DNA from: an archaeon
GTDB taxonomy: Archaea > B1Sed10-29 > JAJSAI01
NCBI GenBank assembly: GCA_024274695.1
Contig: JAJSAI010000018.1
Location: forward strand, 1-23,452
Length of the DNA: 23,452 nucleotides
Direction of reading: 5' to 3'
This document shows positions 17,241 to 23,452 of this stretch, piece by piece. The position numbers and the translations under genes were made by a program. The notes beneath the pieces were generated by a model that saw only the letters and a program-made list of their open reading frames with translations, was not told the origin of the DNA and searched no databases. Position 1 is the stretch's first letter; each line of letters opens with the position of its first letter.

Positions 17241-17974
17241 TGCTCATGAACGTTCTTGAGTTCCCTGACGGAAGTATAAAAGGAAGCAAACTGAAGTTCA
17301 TAGAAGAACTGGAGATGAGCCAGTACAAGAAATGGCAGGATATATACAAAGAGATAGGTGCTGTGCAGACAAACCCCAGCGCCTTCGTGCAAGAAGCAGT
17401 GCCAGTGCTCAAAAAGTACGGGGTAAAGAGGGTCCTTGACCTGGGCTGCGGCACCGGAAGGAACACAAGGTACCTGGCTAAACAAGGCTTTCAGGTCATG
17501 GGGGTGGACAAGTCCCCTGACGCTATAGAGATAGCCAGAATAAAGAGCCCAAGCATCAAATTCGAGGTTGCCGATGCGAGGGAAATCCCGTTCCCGGAAA
17601 ATGCGTTTGATGCCGTGGTATGTACTCATGTTATAGAGCATCATCTTGAGGACGAGATAAAGAAGATCATAAGCGAGATCGCGAGAGTAACCAGAAAGGG
17701 AGGCCTGCTGGTCCTTAGCACGATTTCTTCAAGGGACTCTGCTTTCGGCACTGGTAAGCGGCTTGCTGAGAACACGTACATTGGGCTGGACTCTTTCTGG
17801 GATGGTGGGGAAATCCATCATTTCTTCACAAGAACAGAACTAGTGAACCTCCTCGGAAGGTATTATGATCTTCTGGACATAAGGCACAGCACCTACCACA
17901 ATTTTGACCCCTCCAGCGAAGGATACCACAAGATCAAGATAGCCCACTGGCACGTTATAGGAATAAAAAGGTGA
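17237..17974 (+). CDS. Class I SAM-dependent methyltransferase (TehB / Methyltransf_25-like)
   Basis: VLDLGCGTGRN, GVDKS, ADAREIPFPENAFDAVV, RKGGLLV; overlaps the Lrp stop codon. Confidence 0.9.
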   Translation: MMLMNVLEFPDGSIKGSKLKFIEELEMSQYKKWQDIYKEIGAVQTNPSAFVQEAVPVLKKYGVKRVLDLGCGTGRNTRYLAKQGFQVMGVDKSPDAIEIARIKSPSIKFEVADAREIPFPENAFDAVVCTHVIEHHLEDEIKKIISEIARVTRKGGLLVLSTISSRDSAFGTGKRLAENTYIGLDSFWDGGEIHHFFTRTELVNLLGRYYDLLDIRHSTYHNFDPSSEGYHKIKIAHWHVIGIKR

Positions 17975-17985
17975 CGGCAGGACCT

Positions 17986-19092
17986 TTACCTTTTCCTCTT
18001 GCGCTTGTACCCTGGCACGAGAGGCCTTATCTCCTCTTCCTCTATCTGCTTGGCTTTGGCGTAGAGTCTGTCAGCCGTCCTCAAGCGCACGGCAGAGTTT
18101 GCCAGGAACCTTATGAAAGGATCAGGTGACCTTATGGCCTCGGCCCGTTTCTCGCGGGGCATGGAGTAGAACCATGATTCCACTTCCTTTTTCAGTTTCC
18201 TGGGAAGAGGATTCCTCCGGCCCGGCCAGTACCACCTGCGCAGGTTCTTTATGTCAGAGATTATCCTCTGCCACACCCTGTCAGCGTCTTCCTCTGTTTT
18301 CGCCCGCACGCCCCTCGCCTCCATGAAAGAAGGCAGACTCACGGGAAGGCTCTGTCCTATTATACTCCCATCATCCGCCACCTTCAGAGGAGGCGTTTTC
18401 CTCTGGCTCACGAGATGCTTCCTCTGGAACAGGTTCACGTACTCTGACCTGAACTCCTCGTACTCTGCAGCGGCCCTCACCCGGTACAGATTAGCCTCCC
18501 ACACTTTCCTCACTGCTTCAGCTTCCTTGCCTGGAGGGGCTTCTCTCAGGGCCCTTTCTATCTCCTCATGCAATTTTACTCCTGCTATTCTCCACGCGTC
18601 CAGATACGCTCGCGCGGGATGCACGGTCATTTTCTGCAGGGCCCAGCTTATCCTGTCAATCTCCTTGGCGAACTCTTTTTGGATCCTGCGTATCTCAGGA
18701 GTCTGGGGCCCGAGGAACGCGAACCTTTCAAGGTCTATCACGGGAGTGTGGAGCAGGAATATGCTGGCGGCTTCCTTGGCTTTCTGCGGGTCAACGAACC
18801 CAGGGCGGGACAAGTCCAGCCTTTTCCGGCCCTTCTCGTCCTTCTTCCACCCGAACAAAGACCAGAGCTCCCGAACCTCTCTCCTGTAGCTCTTGGGCAC
18901 GTACTTGAGGTTGTAGCCTTCAGGCCCGGGCAGCAGGGCGTACGCCAGCAGTGCAAGATCCCTTTTTACGGTCTCGTAGGAAACGTTGTGCAAGCGCGCG
19001 AACCTCTCGAGAGACGCGTACCTTATCTCGTCCCTGTTCTCGTGCACGTAGTCAACAAGCTCCTTCAGCCTCTCAAGGCGTTTCCTGTCCAT
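17986..19092 (-). CDS. Hypothetical protein with N-terminal DeoR-like HTH and basic C-terminus
   Basis: 368-aa ORF filling the gap between flanking genes; SLERFARLHNVSYETVKRDL; TATA-like TTTAAAA on the minus strand at about 19116-19122. Confidence 0.7.
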   Translation of the reverse strand: MDRKRLERLKELVDYVHENRDEIRYASLERFARLHNVSYETVKRDLALLAYALLPGPEGYNLKYVPKSYRREVRELWSLFGWKKDEKGRKRLDLSRPGFVDPQKAKEAASIFLLHTPVIDLERFAFLGPQTPEIRRIQKEFAKEIDRISWALQKMTVHPARAYLDAWRIAGVKLHEEIERALREAPPGKEAEAVRKVWEANLYRVRAAAEYEEFRSEYVNLFQRKHLVSQRKTPPLKVADDGSIIGQSLPVSLPSFMEARGVRAKTEEDADRVWQRIISDIKNLRRWYWPGRRNPLPRKLKKEVESWFYSMPREKRAEAIRSPDPFIRFLANSAVRLRTADRLYAKAKQIEEEEIRPLVPGYKRKRKR

Positions 19093-19202
19093 GCAAGGTT
19101 AGAAGGACGAAATCCTTTTAAACCCCTTCAGAAGAAAAGATGATGGACATCCACTTATACGATTCCTGTTAACAAAAAACGGGTAAAGGAGGTAGATGAC
19201 TG

Positions 19203-20834
19203 ATGGCACAGGCAACACAGCCTATAATGATACTCCCTGAAGGAGCCACCAGGGTTCTCGGCAGGGACGCTCAGAGGACCAACATACTCGTGGGAAGGGC
19301 AGTGGCGACAGCTGTCAAGACAACCCTGGGACCGAAGGGCATGGACAAGATGCTCGTGGACGAAATAGGGGACATAACCATAACCAATGACGGAGCAACA
19401 ATCCTCGAAGAAATGCAGATAGAGCACCCTGCCGGGAAGATGCTGGTAGAGGTTGCCAAAACCCAGGACGAGGAAACCGGGGACGGAACAACCACTGCGG
19501 TGGTAATAGCTGGAGAGCTTCTGAAAAAAGCAGAGAGCCTCCTGGACCAGGAGATACACCCCAGCGTGATAATAAAAGGATACAGGATGGCTCAGGAAAA
19601 AGCATCCCAGATCCTGGACGAGATATCAGAACCGATAACCCCAGAGGACACCGAGAAGCTCACGAGAGTGTGCATAACCACAATGGGCAGCAAGGGAGTC
19701 ATCGGAGGAGCCAGAGAAAAGCTAGCGCAAGTGGTGGTGGAAGCGGTAAAGCAAGTGGCGGAAGAGAAGAACGGCAAGATAGTCATAGACGAGGACTACA
19801 TCAAGATCGAGAAAAAGCAGGGAGGAGACCTGAACGACACCGAGCTGATAAAAGGAGTTGTCATAGACAAGGAAAGAGTTCACAGCGCAATGCCGAAAGT
19901 GGTCAAGAACGCTAAGATCGCTCTCATTGACGCCCCTCTCGAGATAAAGAAGACCGAGACGGACGCTGAGATAAGCATCACAAGCCCCGAACAACTGCAG
20001 GCGTTCCTGAACCAGGAAGAGAAAATGCTCAAGGAAATGGTGGAAAAGATAGCCAGCACAGGAGCAACAGTAGTGTTCTGCCAGAAGGGCATTGATGACC
20101 TGGCACAGCACTACCTCGCGAAGGCGGGAATTTACGCTGTCAGGAGAGTCAAGAAATCAGACATGGAAAAGCTTGCTCTGGCAACAGGAGCAAAGGTCGT
20201 GAGCAGCCTGCATGATCTGACACCAGAAGACCTGGGAAGCGCTGAACTCGTGGAAGAGAGGAAGATTGCAGGAGAGGCCATGACCTTCGTGGAAGGCTGC
20301 GTTGACCCCAAGGCAGTGACAATCCTCATCAGGGGAGGAACAGAGCACGTGGTTGACGAGGCAGAAAGAGCAGTAGTAGACGGAATCGGATCCGTGAGCA
20401 GCGCGATAGAACTCGGAGAAATAGTACCAGGAGGAGGAGCAGTAGAAACAGAGCTGGCCCTCAGGCTCAGGGACTATGCCAAAGAGATAGGAGGAAGGGA
20501 ACAGCTTGCCATCGAAGCCTTCGCAGAAGCTCTCGAAGTGATACCAAGGACCCTGGCAGAGAGCGCGGGAATGGACCCAATAGACACTCTGGTAAGCCTA
20601 AGGACACAGCACGCTCAGGGCAACAAGAACATAGGAGTAAACGTGATGGAGTCCAACATAGCAGACATGCTGGAGCAGAAGGTGATAGACCCGACCAAGG
20701 TCAAGAAGCAGGCGATCGCCTCAGCCGCAGAAGCAGCAGAAATGATCCTGAAGATAGACGACATAATAGCGGCCAGCAAGAAATCAGCAGGAGAAGAAAC
20801 GGGAAGCAAAGGATTTGGAGGAGAGTTCGACTAA
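19203..20834 (+). CDS. ths: Thermosome subunit (group II chaperonin)
   Basis: [43 protein letters not shown]; GGAGGT SD at 19188-19193. Confidence 0.98.
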   Translation: MAQATQPIMILPEGATRVLGRDAQRTNILVGRAVATAVKTTLGPKGMDKMLVDEIGDITITNDGATILEEMQIEHPAGKMLVEVAKTQDEETGDGTTTAVVIAGELLKKAESLLDQEIHPSVIIKGYRMAQEKASQILDEISEPITPEDTEKLTRVCITTMGSKGVIGGAREKLAQVVVEAVKQVAEEKNGKIVIDEDYIKIEKKQGGDLNDTELIKGVVIDKERVHSAMPKVVKNAKIALIDAPLEIKKTETDAEISITSPEQLQAFLNQEEKMLKEMVEKIASTGATVVFCQKGIDDLAQHYLAKAGIYAVRRVKKSDMEKLALATGAKVVSSLHDLTPEDLGSAELVEERKIAGEAMTFVEGCVDPKAVTILIRGGTEHVVDEAERAVVDGIGSVSSAIELGEIVPGGGAVETELALRLRDYAKEIGGREQLAIEAFAEALEVIPRTLAESAGMDPIDTLVSLRTQHAQGNKNIGVNVMESNIADMLEQKVIDPTKVKKQAIASAAEAAEMILKIDDIIAASKKSAGEETGSKGFGGEFD

Positions 20835-20858
20835 ACTCTCCCTCTTTTAAACCCCCTT

Positions 20859-21242
20859 TCAGCCGCCTCTTTTCCCAAACTCTTTCTCTGCCCAGCGCAC
20901 GTGGTCCAACAGTGCGGTCACCGCGTCCTTCCTGAGCTCGTAGTCCACGAGCCCTCTGGAGTAAGCCTCCATCACCAGATCGTACAGCATGTAAGCCAGG
21001 GAATAGTACTCCGCGGGGGTCACTTCCTCTGGAATGAAACCCACCGGCCTGAACAAGGAGCAGAATGAGATCACGTCCTCCAGCAAGCTCGGAGAGTGTA
21101 TCGCGTCATGCTTTTTGCGGGACAGGATAACCATCTCAAGAATCCTGAACATGTCCACGTGCTTCTCTGCAAGCCGCCGCGCCTGCTCCCTCGCGTGCTC
21201 CTCCCTAAGCATTCTGAGCACACGATAGTGTCCCGCGCCCAT
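20859..21242 (-). CDS. Hypothetical helical protein
   Basis: 127-aa ORF converging on ths, with a TATA-like tract about 25 nt upstream; no recognised motif. Confidence 0.6.
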   Translation of the reverse strand: MGAGHYRVLRMLREEHAREQARRLAEKHVDMFRILEMVILSRKKHDAIHSPSLLEDVISFCSLFRPVGFIPEEVTPAEYYSLAYMLYDLVMEAYSRGLVDYELRKDAVTALLDHVRWAEKEFGKRGG

Positions 21243-21304
21243 CCGAAAAACAATTACGCGGGGAAAGTATAAAAGACTTTGTCACGAAATTCCTGAAAAC
21301 TCGC

Positions 21305-21340
21305 CACGCGCGCGGGCGAAAAACTTTTTTCGCGCGCGTG
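21305..21340. repeat. 10-bp perfect inverted repeat enclosing an A/T promoter-like tract
   Basis: CACGCGCGCG (21305-21314) and CGCGCGCGTG (21331-21340) around GGCGAAAAACTTTTTT. Confidence 0.6.
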
Positions 21341-21353
21341 CCTTGTTACTAGC

Positions 21354-21971
21354 ATGCCACGGTTCCTTAACTTCAGCCTGTTCGTGCCCTTCCACTACTG
21401 CAAGTACCAGGTCTACCTTTCAGAGTACCTGGGGATCAAAGCGCCCGCGTCCCCAGCGCTTGTTATCGGGCGGGAGAGGCACGAGCAGCTGGAACGAGAA
21501 TTCCTGCTGGAAGCAGAAGAGGTTGAAGTGCCCTTGCCAGAACTTGTGGGCAGGGTTCTGGAGGGCCTGGAGCCCGCGTTCGTGACCCGGGAGGTTCCCC
21601 TGTTCTCGCGTTCCCTGATGCTCAAGGGAAGGGCTGACGAGATCGAAGTGCATCCTGACAAAGCAGTTATCACGGACGACAAGCCCCGGTTGTCCGAGGG
21701 GGGCGCGAGCCAGGCGCTCGCGTACTCTCTTGCCTTCAAGGAACAGTTCCTTTTCCCAGGCAAGATCATGGCAAGGGTAAGACACAGGGACACCCTTGAA
21801 GACTTGTGGGCCGAGTGGCTGAACAGGAGTCACGTGCGCAGGATAAAAAAGGAGGCTGCTGAAATGCACGCGATCGCGGAAGGAAGAGAGCCGGAACCCT
21901 GTAGGAACCCGTTGAAGTGCTCCAAGTGCAGGTACCGTACAGTGTGCCCTGCCGCGGAAAGCAAGGAATAA
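21354..21971 (+). CDS. Solo Cas4-family PD-(D/E)XK nuclease with Fe-S ligands
   Basis: N-terminal YC, G..RH, GRAD, DDK, Q..AY and C-terminal CSKC.YRTVC; no array or other cas genes in the window. Confidence 0.8.
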   Translation: MPRFLNFSLFVPFHYCKYQVYLSEYLGIKAPASPALVIGRERHEQLEREFLLEAEEVEVPLPELVGRVLEGLEPAFVTREVPLFSRSLMLKGRADEIEVHPDKAVITDDKPRLSEGGASQALAYSLAFKEQFLFPGKIMARVRHRDTLEDLWAEWLNRSHVRRIKKEAAEMHAIAEGREPEPCRNPLKCSKCRYRTVCPAAESKE

Positions 21972-21996
21972 AAACAGTCGCTTCCTTTCTTCCAGC

Positions 21997-22332
21997 ATGA
22001 TCCTGTGCATTGTGGAGGTCGCTGGCAAGGAGTCCAAAACTCTTGCGGAGGACCTTGCCCAAGAGGTCGTGAACCTGGAGCCCAGGTGGAAAAAAGCAGA
22101 AGACTATTTTGACGCTCTCGCGCTACTGAAAAAGAACGAGGACTCTGATTTCCTGGTGCTCGTGGCACCCCACGAGACCGGGAACGAGCAGTGGCAGCCT
22201 TTCCTGAACGCACTGGCAGAGTTCGAGGCCAGTTCTGGCAAGACCGTGCTAAAAGTATTCTACGAGGAGCCGGAAGACCTCAAGAAAGGACTACAGGAGG
22301 CCAAGGAAAAAATAATTGACAGCCTGGCCTGA
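21997..22332 (+). CDS. Hypothetical alpha/beta protein, possibly a remote archaeal riboflavin synthase (lumazine synthase fold) homologue
   Basis: 111 aa, alternating beta/alpha pattern; DFLVLV and GKTVLKVFYEE resemble archaeal RibC segments (from memory). The coding call is firmer than the family call. Confidence 0.55.
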   Translation: MILCIVEVAGKESKTLAEDLAQEVVNLEPRWKKAEDYFDALALLKKNEDSDFLVLVAPHETGNEQWQPFLNALAEFEASSGKTVLKVFYEEPEDLKKGLQEAKEKIIDSLA

Positions 22333-22977
22333 TCAGCAGTAATCCGAAAGCTTTTTCTGAGGCTTTTTCTGCCGCCGCGCGGTGGACCAGCTCCGCCTGA
22401 CCTCAGGGGGATACTCCTTAGAATGCTCTCTCAAGAACTTGATCGTCCGCTCGTCATGAGGGTACCCTGTCCCGAGCTCGGTCCCGTACTTCTCCTCTAT
22501 CTCCTTGATCCTCTTGTCCCGCAAGGTCTTCGCGATTATGGAAGCGGCGGAAACCACAGGGTACTTCTGGTCAGCCTTGTGCTCCATCACCAGCTCTGCG
22601 CTGCAGGAACAGTACTTTGAAAGCCTTCTCTCGAATGACAGTGGTGTTGGGTCAGGAAGGTCTATGAACACCTTGTCAGCCCCTGATTCTTCTATTATCT
22701 CGGCCATCTTCATCGCCTCTATCTCGTTCAAGGACATTCTTTTCCTGAGATTGTCTATCTCCTGCGCTGGCACCTCCCTGACTATTATCCTGCGCGCTAT
22801 GGATTCTATCTCGCGCGCGAGAGCCTCTCTCCTCCTGGGAGAGAGTGTCTTGGAGTCCTTCACTCCTGCCTTTTCCAGCCTGGCAAGGTCCTCTGCCCTG
22901 ACCAGCACTCCCACGATAACCATGGGGCCTATGACAGGGCCTCTTCCAGCCTCGTCTATCCCTAGCACCCTCATCAT
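22333..22977 (-). CDS. rnhB: Ribonuclease HII
   Basis: GIDEAGRGPVIGPM, DSK, HKAD, VSAASIIAK, GTGYP; C-terminal PIP box QKKLSDY. Confidence 0.97.
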   Translation of the reverse strand: MMRVLGIDEAGRGPVIGPMVIVGVLVRAEDLARLEKAGVKDSKTLSPRRREALAREIESIARRIIVREVPAQEIDNLRKRMSLNEIEAMKMAEIIEESGADKVFIDLPDPTPLSFERRLSKYCSCSAELVMEHKADQKYPVVSAASIIAKTLRDKRIKEIEEKYGTELGTGYPHDERTIKFLREHSKEYPPEVRRSWSTARRQKKPQKKLSDYC

Positions 22978-23021
22978 AAAACTTTAAAACCAAGAACATT
23001 AAAAAAGAAAAAGGGTGAGCG

Positions 23022-23279
23022 GTGATGAAGGCCACGATAGTGTCCTACAGGAGAGGAAGGCACACTAATAACCCTAACCAGGTCATAGTCGTGGTTGAAG
23101 GAGTAAAGGACAGGAAGACTGCCCTGAAACTGGTTGGAAAGAAGATAGTCGCGGCAGTTGGAAAGGACAAGAGGGTCACTGGCACAGTGCTTGCGGCCCA
23201 CGGGAACAAGGGAAGAGTCAGAGCAAAGTTCAACAGGAACCTGCCCGCGGAAAGGATCCCTGCGGAGATAATCGAATGA
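23022..23279 (+). CDS. rpl35ae: 50S ribosomal protein L35Ae
   Basis: SYRRGRHT...[21 protein letters not shown]; start GTG 23022 or ATG 23025. Confidence 0.93.
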   Translation: MMKATIVSYRRGRHTNNPNQVIVVVEGVKDRKTALKLVGKKIVAAVGKDKRVTGTVLAAHGNKGRVRAKFNRNLPAERIPAEIIE

Positions 23280-23452
23280 AGCTCAACAGAGTGAATGAAG
23301 GCAGGGTAACCCTCTTCGTCCCGGACCCTGAAGAGTACGGCAGCAAGTACGACGCCCCCGTTTTCTACAACCCCGTGATGGAGGAAGACAGGGATATTTC
23401 AGTGTCCCTGCTGAAAGCCAAGTGGGAAGGCAGAGAGTACAGGGTGGCGGAC
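23276..23452 (+). CDS. trm1: tRNA (guanine26-N2)-dimethyltransferase, 5' part (runs off the window edge)
   Basis: Not in the ORF track. Hand translation [43 protein letters not shown] contains the Trm1 EG...VFYNP.M...RD.SV signature; ATGA overlap with L35Ae. Confidence 0.9.
   Translation, partial: MKLNRVNEGRVTLFVPDPEEYGSKYDAPVFYNPVMEEDRDISVSLLKAKWEGREYRVAD

Noticed and set aside
19140-19203. C/D box sRNA or uORF upstream of ths (ATGATGG...CTGA; ATG at 19196)
   Set aside because: The C box is imperfect, there is no clear C'/D' pair, the region contains the ths SD, and the upstream ATG is only 2 nt from the SD.
21354-21971. CRISPR-Cas locus
   Set aside because: Only a Cas4-like gene; no cas1, cas2, effector genes or array.
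179-23233. Numerous antisense and alternate-frame ORFs in the track (e.g. 179-643, 13506-14069, 15809-16378, 18251-18889, 21420-22037, 22505-22987)
   Set aside because: They are shadows of well-supported genes, Ser/Phe/Leu-rich and without recognisable motifs.

Overview
Archaeal chromosomal window (archaeal-type ProRS and IleRS, aIF5A, thermosome, L35Ae, Trm1, RNase HII with PIP box, TATA-type promoters); lineage cannot be fixed from sequence alone. Two housekeeping blocks of roughly 50-55% GC (1-5350 and 13500-23452) flank an AT-rich insert of about 8.1 kb (about 5400-13500; spot counts about 40-45% GC over valS and about 30-35% over the sugar-enzyme genes). The insert carries an orphan beta-class DNA methyltransferase and two divergent operons. 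One is GT4 glycosyltransferase plus a valyl-tRNA synthetase gene that has one in-frame TAA in its DWxISRQ motif and KMDKS in place of KMSKS. The other is B12-binding radical SAM, CE4 deacetylase, GT2 and HAD phosphatase, running straight into ileS. This looks like a horizontally acquired sugar/cyclitol-modifying biosynthetic cluster linked to an aminoacyl-tRNA synthetase, and is the best candidate for an undescribed system. Second is an unannotated 390-bp spacer after ileS, with a 270-bp nested imperfect inverted repeat, mirror-image outward-facing TATA boxes, repeated TCC(A)GGAA boxes and a likely small minus-strand transcript. No rRNA, tRNA, CRISPR array, integrase or transposase was seen.
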